Below, one piece after another: positions 19,014-27,614 of a stretch of DNA of 33,688 nucleotides (positions are counted from its first letter, which is position 1; each line of letters opens with the position of its first letter). Source of the stretch: a virus. Taxonomy: Duplodnaviria > Caudoviricetes. A program made the position numbers and the translations under genes. The stretch spans positions 1-33,688 of IMG/VR virus record IMGVR_UViG_3300016474_000578. The stretch is one strand, 5' to 3'. A model generated the notes under the pieces. That model did not search any database. It worked only from the letters and a program-made list of their open reading frames with translations, and was not told where the DNA came from.

Positions 19014-19378
19014 TCACAATCCTCCACATAATCAGCGTGAACATACCCAGTAAATATTTCGTCACCAACCAACACGGTCACCGCCAGCCAATCACCAGAA
19101 CGACCGTTCATTTCCAGATTTTGCCCATCACGCAGAACAGCGACCACCGCATACGATGTACCAGCACCAGCCCGTAAATTGAGCATCCCGTCACCGCCAG
19201 GCAGGGCGTGAACAATCAGGCAGTTGCCCGCCTCAAGCGTTGGCACAGGTTTAGCAAGCGTTGGCAATCGGTCGGCAGATGTTTTTCCAGCTTCGCCGTC
19301 TGTTACGACTACAATTCTACATGCCAACGCCTGCAATACGAGAATAGATAGACATAACAATAATTTGGATTTTCTCAT
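19004..19378 (-). CDS. Lipoprotein with bacterial SH3 domain
   Basis: Signal peptide ending QALAC; LNLRAGAGTSY..GDWLAV..GYVHADYV. Confidence 0.8.
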   Translation of the reverse strand: MRKSKLLLCLSILVLQALACRIVVVTDGEAGKTSADRLPTLAKPVPTLEAGNCLIVHALPGGDGMLNLRAGAGTSYAVVAVLRDGQNLEMNGRSGDWLAVTVLVGDEIFTGYVHADYVEDCEWK

Positions 19379-19407
19379 ATTTTCCGTTTCCACGTGTTGC
19401 CAACACT

Positions 19408-19611
19408 TCACAGCGTTGGCACTTCTTCAGTGTCGATTAGGTCGTATATATCCGATCCGCTTTTATCCTTGCCAACGCACTTGACCTTAGCGTTGGCAAT
19501 CCCAAACCAGGCGCGACCCGTCGTTTTGTCATTGTAAATAATGAGTTGACGGCTCTTTGCCAACGCTTCGAGACCTGTCCAACTGACTGCCAACGCTTGC
19601 CGGCGTGTCAT
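19408..19611 (-). CDS. Hypothetical protein (start uncertain)
   Basis: 3' part of ORF 19408..19869; fills the gap before the SH3 lipoprotein gene. Confidence 0.4.
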   Translation of the reverse strand: MTRRQALAVSWTGLEALAKSRQLIIYNDKTTGRAWFGIANAKVKCVGKDKSGSDIYDLIDTEEVPTL

Positions 19612-19921
19612 TGCGTCCGAATTTTGGGCGGAGCCGCTCGAATTGTTCTTTTCTTGCACCTTTGCTTTTTGAACCGACATACCAAACCGTATTCCTTTCT
19701 GCGTTTCGCGTTCTCCAACAAATACCGCGCAGATCGCCTTTTTCGTTGTATCGCGGCTCCATACGACTGCCAACGCTTGCCGAAGCGTTGGCAATGACAA
19801 TTTCTTCGACGTCATGGCTTGCCAACGCTTCAGGCATGCTTGCCAACACTTGATTTTTAGCGTTGGCAAGTGTTGGCAATACTTCCTGGGCAGGGTGGTC
19901 TTTTACCTCTGCCCGTTGGTA
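19529..19921 (-). CDS. Predicted -1 frameshift extension of the membrane protein (basic, possibly DNA-binding)
   Basis: A AAC CCT at 19927-19921, 6-nt spacer, GGGCAG/CTGCCC hairpin; -1 frame open for 130 codons. Confidence 0.55.
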   Translation of the reverse strand, partial: YQRAEVKDHPAQEVLPTLANAKNQVLASMPEALASHDVEEIVIANASASVGSRMEPRYNEKGDLRGICWRTRNAERNTVWYVGSKSKGARKEQFERLRPKFGRNDTPASVGSQLDRSRSVGKEPSTHYLQ

Positions 19922-20772
19922 GGGTTTAGCGTCAGATCTTCGATATAGTTTGGAGTGTTGGCAGCAAAAGCGGTCACAGGCGCCGAAGCGTTGGCAATCG
20001 GTGTCGAAGCGTTGGCAGGCGTTGGCACATATTTATTGCGGTCTTTTTGCCACTGATTCTCGCCACGTGCCGCGCCAATGCCGGAAGACTCAGCTCGCGC
20101 CTTTTCTGCATACACCTGTGCGGCATGTACAGCGATGTCTTTTTGTGCTTCCATCTGCGCGAGACGCACCTCCATATCCGCATCAACCTGCGCCTCGCGG
20201 AGGCTCATCTCAGCCTGGCGGCGCAAAACCGCCTCCTGCGAAAATTGGCGGTACAGCTCGCCAGCCGCCACGTTGATCATCAGCATGGTCGGCAGGGCGT
20301 ACACGATCCAGCGTTGCACACTCGGCGGCACTTCCTGAAATGAGCTAAAGAACCCGAAAGCGGTGGCGATCACATCACTGGCGGCATATGCAGTAACACA
20401 CGTGCCCAAGAACGTAAAAATGACCATCACGGAAGATGTGATCAGTTGCGTGTTATTGTCCGGCTCTCGCATCATAAATTTTTTGAGCCAATTTGCAAGC
20501 CCATACTCAAAAAAGATGGGGAAGGACACGCCATACAGGAGAGCTGCAAAAATATTAGGTAGGTCACCTTTTGCGGTAACAATCCCACCGTCAACACGCA
20601 CGCCCAGCCCGATGGCAATGCCGGAGAACATCGAGAGCAGCGCACTCAGAAACAGCGCAATATACAAAAGCGGGTGATCGGTAAAATCTTTCGTCGCCAC
20701 CTTGAGGCTTTCGGCTCGCGCTTGTGCCTGCTTCCTCATTTCGGCTTTCACTTTTTCGACGTATGTGCTCAT
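19903..20772 (-). CDS. Multi-pass membrane protein with C-terminal coiled coil
   Basis: About 4 hydrophobic helices, then an Ala/Gln/Glu-rich coil. Confidence 0.85.
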   Translation of the reverse strand: MSTYVEKVKAEMRKQAQARAESLKVATKDFTDHPLLYIALFLSALLSMFSGIAIGLGVRVDGGIVTAKGDLPNIFAALLYGVSFPIFFEYGLANWLKKFMMREPDNNTQLITSSVMVIFTFLGTCVTAYAASDVIATAFGFFSSFQEVPPSVQRWIVYALPTMLMINVAAGELYRQFSQEAVLRRQAEMSLREAQVDADMEVRLAQMEAQKDIAVHAAQVYAEKARAESSGIGAARGENQWQKDRNKYVPTPANASTPIANASAPVTAFAANTPNYIEDLTLNPTNGQR

Positions 20773-20799
20773 AATACAAAACCTTTCGTGGTAGGTAGA

Positions 20800-21246
20800 T
20801 TAATCAGAGAGGACAGGCATTCGAGCATCCAGAGCCATATATAACTGGAAGGTATCGAATGCCGCGTCCGCTCCGTGACAAACTGCAGCCATGGCGCCGG
20901 CAGCCTTTGCCGCCTGCAGCCATTCCAACTGATCCTCAGACGCGCCGCCGTGCTTTTTTTTGGCTCGCGCTTCCGTTTTCATTTCGATGGCGAGATACGC
21001 ATATCGTCCTCGCGGTTGCAAATACAGCAGATCCGCCACACCGTTGACCCATCCCTCGCGTTTGTATTTCATGATCAGCGCCATTTTGCGGCGATAGTCT
21101 CGCCCAGCGATCCAGACGCCGTTGAGGGTGGCAAAGAATAACGGGCGGCTAAAATCCGACTGGTTGCGGTATTCATACAGCACACGATCCACAAAAACAG
21201 ACTGTTCGTTATGCTCCGATGGGGCGGCGGCTTTACGTGTTGGCAT
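20800..21246 (-). CDS. VRR-NUC domain nuclease
   Basis: SEHNEQ, GVADL, AIEMK, SEDQLEW motifs. Confidence 0.85.
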   Translation of the reverse strand: MPTRKAAAPSEHNEQSVFVDRVLYEYRNQSDFSRPLFFATLNGVWIAGRDYRRKMALIMKYKREGWVNGVADLLYLQPRGRYAYLAIEMKTEARAKKKHGGASEDQLEWLQAAKAAGAMAAVCHGADAAFDTFQLYMALDARMPVLSD

Positions 21247-21499
21247 ACTTTCCCAAATTCTCGTTGACCATTTTTTCCCACCATGCTGGCACGTATTTAG
21301 CACCGCCCCTGCATGGCAAGATTGCGATTCGACCCCGCCTCACGCCACTATCCAGCCGGTGCTTCATGACCGATTTAGAGGTCGTGCCGGTTGCGTCCAT
21401 CAGGTCGAGAATAGACGGTGGCATTTTGCGCTCAATGGTCAATCGGTCGAGCGCGTCCCAGGCGGCGAGTTGGCATGAGGTAGGGTGTCGGTCTGTCAT
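21233..21499 (-). CDS. LexA-like winged-HTH DNA-binding protein
   Basis: MPPSILDLMDATGTTSKSVMKHRL..GRI resembles the LexA N-domain. Confidence 0.65.
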   Translation of the reverse strand: MTDRHPTSCQLAAWDALDRLTIERKMPPSILDLMDATGTTSKSVMKHRLDSGVRRGRIAILPCRGGAKYVPAWWEKMVNENLGKYANT

Positions 21500-21723
21500 T
21501 TTGCGTTTCCTTTGCGCGTCAATACCCACACAAACTGACCACGAGAATTACGCACACCATTTTTCATAAACTCCCAGCCGGTCAAGCGCGATTCCTTCTC
21601 GACCAAAACGAGCGCGGCTTGCTGTCCGATATTCTCCCAGCAGGTCACAGAGGCGGCGTGTCCGCCTTCCCATGCGCCCCAGTACACATGCGGCGTTTCC
21701 AGGTCTTGCAGTTGGTCGGTCAT
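21496..21723 (-). CDS. Hypothetical protein
   Basis: ATGA-coupled on both sides. Confidence 0.6.
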   Translation of the reverse strand: MTDQLQDLETPHVYWGAWEGGHAASVTCWENIGQQAALVLVEKESRLTGWEFMKNGVRNSRGQFVWVLTRKGNAK

Positions 21724-22013
21724 AAAAGCACCTCATTTTCACTTATCACATCACGGGGGTGTAATGTATAATACGGTCCACTCGCGCGAGTACCGGTCGC
21801 ATCTGCAAAGACATAAAGGCGGATGCTGTCAGCAGTTTCAAATGTGACCCCGCAGCGCATCCCCGCAATCTCCATTTTTTCAGTTTCATCCGTCCTGGCA
21901 ACTCGTCCAAATCGGATATAACGCCCTTGTTGAGGGACGATAAATTTCGGTTGAGTCTGACCCGCCGCGATCAGATCGGCGAGTAATTCAGCGGCATGTC
22001 GTTTTCCCATCAT
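21720..22013 (-). CDS. Hypothetical protein
   Basis: Start MMGKRH with GAGGTG RBS. Confidence 0.6.
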   Translation of the reverse strand: MMGKRHAAELLADLIAAGQTQPKFIVPQQGRYIRFGRVARTDETEKMEIAGMRCGVTFETADSIRLYVFADATGTRASGPYYTLHPRDVISENEVLL

Positions 22014-22119
22014 GCACCTCGAAATTGATAAAAAGCAATGACTTTGTTTGTCGCTTGCTTTGGAATTTTTATGTTTAATTTGAGTTCGTGGCTCATTTCG
22101 GCTCCTGTTTTTTATTGGT

Positions 22120-22803
22120 TTATTGCGTTTGTAATTCGCCAAATTCTGAAATAGAAACAAACTTCACGTAATATCCGCTCGTTGTATTGATAAGCGTTTG
22201 AATATGACTCTCGAGCCATTGAACGGCGTAAGAGTTCCTGCACGTAACAACCATAAATTGATCTTGAATACCGTTTACCTCCGTGTCTTTTAGCCAGGTC
22301 TCAAATTGCGCCTTTGGCATTTCGGCTTGCATTCTGTTTTTGATTTCAACCCAATTATCTTTAATAGATTGATTAATATATAAATTTTGGGGGTTAATGT
22401 TTTTAAGTTCGGGTGACATCTTGTCACCCGAAGGAATGTCACCCGAAGGGATGTCACCCAATGATTTTCCAATTTTGTCACCCTGACAACTTGTCAGGGG
22501 TGATAACTTGTCACCCCCATCGCTAAACGGGATGTAATATCTATTGGTTCCTCTTGGTCCCATTCCGTCAGGTATAAGAATTTTCATATCCTCAAGATCG
22601 CGCGCTAAACGTTGAACGCTTCGAGCGTCATAGCCTGTTTTCTTCGCTATGGTTTCGACTGCTGGGTAAATATTGCGCCCGTTATGGTCTGCATGATCGG
22701 CGTATGCAACGAGAACGTATTTATGATTGGGTTTGAAGTCTATCCCGTTTACATTTGCAGGACATGGAAAATCCCAAACAAGCGACATGGCTTTCACGCT
22801 CAT
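22120..22803 (-). CDS. Replication initiator: HTH_36-like N-domain plus C-terminal DnaA domain I-like module
   Basis: VLVAYADHAD..IYPAVETIAKKTG..RSVQR; C-terminal WVEIKNRMQAEMPKAQFETWLKDT..NSYAVQWLE; internal iterons. Confidence 0.85.
   Translation of the reverse strand: MSVKAMSLVWDFPCPANVNGIDFKPNHKYVLVAYADHADHNGRNIYPAVETIAKKTGYDARSVQRLARDLEDMKILIPDGMGPRGTNRYYIPFSDGGDKLSPLTSCQGDKIGKSLGDIPSGDIPSGDKMSPELKNINPQNLYINQSIKDNWVEIKNRMQAEMPKAQFETWLKDTEVNGIQDQFMVVTCRNSYAVQWLESHIQTLINTTSGYYVKFVSISEFGELQTQ
22350..22518. repeat. Putative replication origin: TGTCACCC iterons plus AT-rich tract
   Basis: TGTCACCC at 22422, 22437, 22452, 22476, 22509; inverted copies at 22411 and 22498; AT-rich 22350-22406. 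Confidence 0.8.
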
Positions 22804-23015
22804 TATCCAACTCCCTGAAGCCGAATTTGTCCGCGCTGTTGGAATGCCTTGCGCACACGCAGCGCCTTGATCGTCACCTGAATGGCGCGGTCGTTATTGC
22901 GGTTGGTCGTGGTGCCGTAGATCTGAAACTGAATATGCGAGCGGGGGATCGGTTTTCGCGCCTTACTTACGATCTTGAGGACATCAGATTGCAGGTCAGT
23001 CAGTTCGTTTTTCAT
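22803..23015 (-). CDS. Small basic protein, possible winged HTH
   Basis: 70 aa, AAGGAG RBS, coupled to the initiator gene. Confidence 0.55.
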   Translation of the reverse strand: MKNELTDLQSDVLKIVSKARKPIPRSHIQFQIYGTTTNRNNDRAIQVTIKALRVRKAFQQRGQIRLQGVG

Positions 23016-23018
23016 CGT

Positions 23019-23333
23019 TCATCTCCTTTTTGAATTCATTAGTTTTATGACCTCACGCCGCAGATCTTCGTGGCGTGCTTTCAACTCGTCTATCGGGTCG
23101 CCCATCATGTCGATTTTTGCGATAATGTTCCCGAGTTCGTCCTTTACATCCCGACTCAGTCCGCCGCTTGCGGTCATATGTCGGGATTTCAGGCGTTCCA
23201 CCTGCGACTGCAGGTCTTCAATGGTTTGCGCGTCCCGCTGCTCCCTCTCGTCAGCCTGTTTTCGGTCTTTGACAATCCGATAAAATAGCAAAACTACAAC
23301 AGAAAGGAGGATAACGCCGGCTATATATTCCAT
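23019..23333 (-). CDS. Membrane-anchored coiled-coil protein
   Basis: N-terminal TM helix IAGVILLSVVVLLF; GGAG RBS. Confidence 0.7.
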   Translation of the reverse strand: MEYIAGVILLSVVVLLFYRIVKDRKQADEREQRDAQTIEDLQSQVERLKSRHMTASGGLSRDVKDELGNIIAKIDMMGDPIDELKARHEDLRREVIKLMNSKRR

Positions 23334-23402
23334 TTGCATATCTCCATTTCTCACCACTAAACATTGACGAAAAACTGACAAATAAGAAAATAGGGTATAT
23401 AC

Positions 23403-24281
23403 ATGATTGCAATGATGCAGGAAGTGGAAAGATTTCTTAGAACATGCAAATCCCCCAATACCGCTGCCGGTTATCGCCTGGTGCTCACTCGACTCGTTGA
23501 GTGGCTATCGGTGCGTTCACTTGCGTTCACTGACATCACCCCAGTGCTATTCGATGAATTTCTCAACGATCAGCACCAGTGGAAGGCTGTTTCAAAACAC
23601 CTGGCATTTAATGTCACCCGATCATTTCTGCGCTGGCAGTATGGGGAGGAACACGCACTGTCAAAGGTTCGCCGTAAACGTCCAAAATCCAAACCGCAGC
23701 CGACAATCACCCAGGCTCAGTTCGAGCGGCTGCTCGAGTTTTTCAATACGATGACCCCCATCGGCGCGCGCGATCTGGCTCTTTTCTCGCTCGCCGCTGA
23801 AACGGGTCTCAGGGCAACCGCTCTATGCAACCTCAAGATGGCAGATCTGCATCTGGAGTCGTTGTCTCTTATTGCGCTGGATAAAGGGGCGGATGGTGGG
23901 GAGTGGCGCATCTGCAAATTTAGCGCGCCGGTCGCGTCGTACCTTGCCGCATGGCTGGCTCATCGTCAGACGATTGCCCTGCCTGATACTGATACCGTAT
24001 TCTGTTCCGTGTATGGAATCAAAAAAGGCAAGCCGAATCATCGTTTCGGCTTGCTGTCACGCTGCAGGGAAATCTCCGAGAAGGTCGGATTCAAATTCAC
24101 CCCTCACGTGTTCAGGCGCTTCATGGCAACGCGTATGTTGCAGCTCAAAGCCTCAACGATTGCAACCATGCGCCAGGGTGGGTGGAAAGATGAGAAAGAG
24201 TTCCGAAAGTACATCACAACCTACCAGTTGGACGACATGACGGACTATTCTGCGGTCGTGGACTATCTCAAAAAGAGATAA
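23403..24281 (+). CDS. int: Tyrosine integrase (probable tRNA-targeting phage integrase)
   Basis: TGLR, DKG, TPHVFRR, GGW, KY catalytic set; attP 57 bp downstream. Confidence 0.9.
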   Translation: MIAMMQEVERFLRTCKSPNTAAGYRLVLTRLVEWLSVRSLAFTDITPVLFDEFLNDQHQWKAVSKHLAFNVTRSFLRWQYGEEHALSKVRRKRPKSKPQPTITQAQFERLLEFFNTMTPIGARDLALFSLAAETGLRATALCNLKMADLHLESLSLIALDKGADGGEWRICKFSAPVASYLAAWLAHRQTIALPDTDTVFCSVYGIKKGKPNHRFGLLSRCREISEKVGFKFTPHVFRRFMATRMLQLKASTIATMRQGGWKDEKEFRKYITTYQLDDMTDYSAVVDYLKKR

Positions 24282-24288
24282 TCAAAAG

Positions 24289-24324
24289 AGTCGGCTCGGC
24301 TCGCGTGTGTTGAGCCGACTTTTG
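24289..24324 (+). terminator. Probable terminator after the integrase
   Basis: agtcggctc/gagccgact stem followed by T-tract. Confidence 0.55.
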
Positions 24325-24338
24325 AAACTCCGCAAAAC

Positions 24339-24383
24339 CTCATAAGCCCTTGGTCGGGAGTTCAAATCTCCCCCTCGGCACCA
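24339..24383 (+). other. attP core: 3' half of a tRNA with CAU anticodon (Met or Ile2)
   Basis: CTCATAA anticodon loop, GGGAG-TTCAAAT-CTCCC T-arm, CCTCGGC-A-CCA acceptor end; no 5' half upstream. Confidence 0.9.
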
Positions 24384-24452
24384 TAATCGAGGACGCATAA
24401 GTCGTTTTTCGTAAATATTCAGTTTGTAAGGTTCAGCCGTGCGCCCCTCTGA

Positions 24453-24481
24453 CTCCCCCGCTGTTCGTGGCAGCGGGGGAG
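24453..24481. promoter_or_regulatory. 11-bp GC-rich hairpin
   Basis: ctcccccgctg-7 nt-cagcgggggag. Confidence 0.6.
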
Positions 24482-24523
24482 GGCGGCGAACCGCCAGATC
24501 AAGGAGGAGGGGAATGAACAAAA

Positions 24524-24634
24524 CTACGCCGGTCTTCCCATCAGGAAGCGGCGCGGTTTACGAAAGATAGCCAGCAAAACAGCAATGCTGGCGATGATAT
24601 AGGTTAGTGGGGATGATGCAATTTTATAAGCCAT
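24524..24634 (-). CDS. 36-aa hydrophobic peptide (not in the ORF track)
   Basis: MAYKIASSPLTYIIASIAVLLAIFRKPRRFLMGRPA; GGAG 5 nt upstream. Confidence 0.5.
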   Translation of the reverse strand: MAYKIASSPLTYIIASIAVLLAIFRKPRRFLMGRPA

Positions 24635-24765
24635 TACAGCTCCGGCTGTTTGGTTCCCATCTCCTTGTGTAGCTTGGCGGTTACTGAAAGAAGATTGGGA
24701 ATGACGGGAGACGATCTACTACTTCGGTGGCGGGTCGTCTTTCTTTTTGTCTGCCACCGGTGGAT

Positions 24766-24999
24766 CTATTTTTTTGATGGGAGTTTAATTTCGATTATTT
24801 CACCAATCGATTTAACTCCCAGAATAGTTGCGACCTTTGCGGCGTTTATTGCAGTGATGTTCGTTTCGCCTTCGTAGATACGTTTTGCAGTACCTTCGCT
24901 TACTCCGGCTTCCGCGATCATCTTGCCAACAAAATACCTGTCGCTCCATCCCTTTGCGTTGCACAGGCGGCGGACATGGCTCACTAAAACTACATCCAT
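24766..24999 (-). CDS. Cro/CI-type (XRE) HTH regulator, probable repressor
   Basis: AAGGAGG RBS; IAEAGVSEGTAKRIYEG..KVATILGV..IGEII. Confidence 0.8.
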   Translation of the reverse strand: MDVVLVSHVRRLCNAKGWSDRYFVGKMIAEAGVSEGTAKRIYEGETNITAINAAKVATILGVKSIGEIIEIKLPSKK

Positions 25000-25041
25000 G
25001 CCGACCTCCTTAGGTTGGGTAAATGTTCTTAACATGCGGAA

Positions 25042-25070
25042 ATAATAAACCATCATATTAAATTTGTCAA
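25042..25070 (-). promoter_or_regulatory. Leftward promoter (repressor)
   Basis: TTGACA-17 bp-TATTAT. Confidence 0.75.
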
Positions 25071-25102
25071 TGTATTTATACAGAATTTTATACAATTTTT
25101 TC

Positions 25103-25131
25103 TTGACAAGCCCACGCCCATCGTTTATACT
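25103..25131 (+). promoter_or_regulatory. Rightward early promoter (may also drive the cassette array)
   Basis: TTGACA-17 bp-TATACT. Confidence 0.8.
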
Positions 25132-25204
25132 CCAGACTGTAACCGCCAAATTACACACCCCACGCCCGCCATGGGCGGGGGACATCATAAAAGGAGATGA
25201 ACGT

Positions 25205-25615
25205 ATGTCCGAACAAAAAGCAGATTATTCAATTACGGGGGTAAAAAATCTGGCTGCAAGCCTTGAGGAGCTTTACGCAAGGCGCGACCTCTTGAAGATC
25301 CAGCACAATGACGCACGAAACGCAGTTGTCCCCGAAGACGTGAAATCCGCTGTTGCAGATGTTGACGCGGAATTTGCTCCCATGCTCGAAGGCATTGCAC
25401 AGAAGATCGAAGAGGCTGAGGCTGAGGTCAAAAAAGCCGTTTTAGATATTGGGGAAACCATCAGCACAGAAAATATCCAGGTCATCTACAAAAAAGGTGC
25501 TGTATCTTGGGACTCTAAAAAATTAGATGGACTCATGATCGTAATCCCGCAGCTTGAGCAGGCACGCAAGCAAGGTGAGCCGTCTGCCTATATCAAGACC
25601 AGAAAGGCAGCCTAG
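25205..25615 (+). CDS. Siphovirus gp157/Gam-like coiled-coil protein
   Basis: AAGGAG RBS; coiled coil followed by KKGAVSWD..KQGEPSAYIK; upstream of bet. Confidence 0.6.
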   Translation: MSEQKADYSITGVKNLAASLEELYARRDLLKIQHNDARNAVVPEDVKSAVADVDAEFAPMLEGIAQKIEEAEAEVKKAVLDIGETISTENIQVIYKKGAVSWDSKKLDGLMIVIPQLEQARKQGEPSAYIKTRKAA

Positions 25616-25617
25616 CC

Positions 25618-26031
25618 ATGGGACTCACTCGCAACGGTAAACGCATCGGCATGGCTGCCTGGGCAGAAAAGCGCGATTTTCGCGACGCCATCGAAGCTAG
25701 AGGTCCGTCACTACTGACAGACCTTGACCATGCGCGAATCGAACTCATTGTCGCCACATCGTTCATGGATAATATGCGCTGGATGGACAGCAAGCACGGC
25801 GGATATGACGCGCAGGTCGCCGATGCTGAAAAACGCCACGCCGCCTCCCTCGAGCGCTTCAACGAATTGCAGGTCAACGCACTGGTGACACGCCGCGACT
25901 CCCTGCTCGCTGCCATGCGCGAAGAGGCTATCGACCAGGAAACCGCCTTCGCCATTATCGAAGAACTTGCAGAGATCGAGACCGCGTTGCAGTCAAGCGG
26001 GTATGTCTCAGTTGATGAATATCCATTCTAA
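25618..26031 (+). CDS. Hypothetical protein
   Basis: 137 aa ORF in the operon. Confidence 0.7.
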   Translation: MGLTRNGKRIGMAAWAEKRDFRDAIEARGPSLLTDLDHARIELIVATSFMDNMRWMDSKHGGYDAQVADAEKRHAASLERFNELQVNALVTRRDSLLAAMREEAIDQETAFAIIEELAEIETALQSSGYVSVDEYPF

Positions 26032-26043
26032 GGGAGATTGAAC

Positions 26044-26835
26044 ATGAACGAATTAGCTCTTGTGAAAAACGAAATTAGCGCAGATCAAGTCGATCTTATC
26101 AAACGTACGATTGCCAAAGGTGCAACCAATGATGAGCTTGGATTGTTTCTGCAGCAATGCAAACGCACTGGTCTTGATCCGTTTGCCCGTCAGATCTACA
26201 TGCGCAAGCAATGGGATAGCAAAGAACAGCGCGAGGTTATGACTGTTGGTACGGCAATCGATGGGTTTCGGGTGGTTGCCGAGCGATCAGGCGAATACGA
26301 GGGACAGGTTGGCCCGTTATGGTGCGGTGAAGATGGAAACTGGATCGATGTGTGGATTTCCAATAATCCACCAGTCGCAGCAAAGGTTGGTGTTTGGCGT
26401 AAGGGATTTCGGGAGCCAATCTGGGGAGTTGCAAAATACAGCGAGTATGTGCAGCTCAAGAAGGACGGAAACCCCAATAGCATGTGGTCGAAAATGCCAG
26501 CCAACCAATTGGCAAAATGCGCCGAGTCTCTTGCTCTGCGTAAAGCGTTTCCGCAAGATTTGAGCGGACTTTACACAGCCGAGGAGATGGAACAAGCCAA
26601 TACCACAGAATACGCGGGAAATGATATTGATGTTATCGACGGAAACGCGACGCATGAACCGATGGATTATGACGAGGCTCGTCAAATGACCGTCAAGGTA
26701 AAAGGCAGAGATAGATTTGTAGGCGAGTTGACAAAAGAGCAGTTAGATTACATCCTGGAGAACGGGAAAGATAACCGTGTGATTGAAGCAGCAAAAGTTG
26801 TGCTAAAGAACGACTTTAATATGGTGCAACCATGA
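26044..26835 (+). CDS. bet: Phage recombination protein Bet (RecT/Red-beta family annealase)
   Basis: [54 protein letters not shown]. Confidence 0.93.
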   Translation: MNELALVKNEISADQVDLIKRTIAKGATNDELGLFLQQCKRTGLDPFARQIYMRKQWDSKEQREVMTVGTAIDGFRVVAERSGEYEGQVGPLWCGEDGNWIDVWISNNPPVAAKVGVWRKGFREPIWGVAKYSEYVQLKKDGNPNSMWSKMPANQLAKCAESLALRKAFPQDLSGLYTAEEMEQANTTEYAGNDIDVIDGNATHEPMDYDEARQMTVKVKGRDRFVGELTKEQLDYILENGKDNRVIEAAKVVLKNDFNMVQP

Positions 26836-26993
26836 CCACAACAATTGATGGGTTTATCGTCACCGCAACAATGAAAGCGTATGGTATTTACACCTGCATC
26901 GTCACAAAAGGCGCAATGTACAAACAATACATCGTATTTGCCATTGACGCTGAAACCGCCTGCCGAAAGGCATACGAGCACGCATCCAAATAA
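26832..26993 (+). CDS. Small hypothetical protein (53 aa; not in the ORF track)
   Basis: ATGA overlap with bet; [18 protein letters not shown]... Confidence 0.55.
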   Translation: MTTTIDGFIVTATMKAYGIYTCIVTKGAMYKQYIVFAIDAETACRKAYEHASK

Positions 26994-27044
26994 CAATATA
27001 TTCGCCCTGCCTCATCCAATGGGGCAGGGCAGGAGTCACCACGA

Positions 27045-27254
27045 ATGACCACAAACACACAAAAACCAATCGCATATATTACAAGCAATCACGGTCGGCA
27101 CGAAGTGATAGTCCACGAAATACACATTGACAAGAGCGGCGTCATGATCGCTCGTGTGCAATATGCCGCAGATCGCCTCGGTCACATATTCGAGATTGTT
27201 GCAAAGCGCGTCAGTGTTGAAAATGCGCCAGCACACGAATCGGAGGCGGCATGA
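27045..27254 (+). CDS. Hypothetical protein
   Basis: AGGAG RBS; coupled to the next gene. Confidence 0.65.
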   Translation: MTTNTQKPIAYITSNHGRHEVIVHEIHIDKSGVMIARVQYAADRLGHIFEIVAKRVSVENAPAHESEAA

Positions 27255-27604
27255 AGGCACAGGATTATCTAGCCGGAATGACTCAATCCGAGGCGATACA
27301 CTACATCCAAACCCTGCCAGGACTCAGCCGCGAGGAGTTTGCCGAGCTTATGAGAGTGGCGCAAACGAAACCATCAAAACGCTATGGCCCAGAGACGGAT
27401 CTCGCGCAAATATCCAAACAGCGGGTTGAGGAGATTGTCAGATTTGTGCGCAAACGCAGAACAACGACTAGGCGCGAAATGATCAAGCACTTTCGCTGGA
27501 ACGGGACAACACTATATTTCACGATTCGACACGCCCAGGCACTCGGATTTATTGCGTCGGACATGAACGAGAGACGCGAGAAAGTTTATAGAGTGGCAAA
27601 ATAA
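27251..27604 (+). CDS. Possible winged-HTH protein
   Basis: GGAGG RBS; basic C-terminal IVRFVRKR..TRREMIKHF..LGFI..YRV. Confidence 0.6.
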   Translation: MKAQDYLAGMTQSEAIHYIQTLPGLSREEFAELMRVAQTKPSKRYGPETDLAQISKQRVEEIVRFVRKRRTTTRREMIKHFRWNGTTLYFTIRHAQALGFIASDMNERREKVYRVAK

Positions 27605-27614
27605 AAATCCGATC

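Larger units (their letters stand above)
19236..20027. repeat. Cluster of 19 copies of AGYGTTGGCA/TGCCAACRCT in both orientations
   Basis: Copies start at 19236, 19257, 19322, 19398, 19412, 19470, 19489, 19558, 19588, 19768, 19784, 19820, 19841, 19859, 19869, 19954, 19987, 20008, 20018 (0-1 mismatch). Confidence 0.9.

Noticed and set aside
19236-20027. 10-bp repeat cluster as CRISPR, protein repeat or replication origin
   Set aside because: Too short, mixed orientation, irregular spacing and different reading frames; a better origin candidate lies within the initiator gene
23403-24281. This integrase as the integron integrase IntI
   Set aside because: No IntI-specific insertion, 3.5 kb from the array, and adjacent to a tRNA-derived attP
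24300-24383. Complete tRNA gene
   Set aside because: No 5' acceptor strand or D-arm; only the 3' half is present
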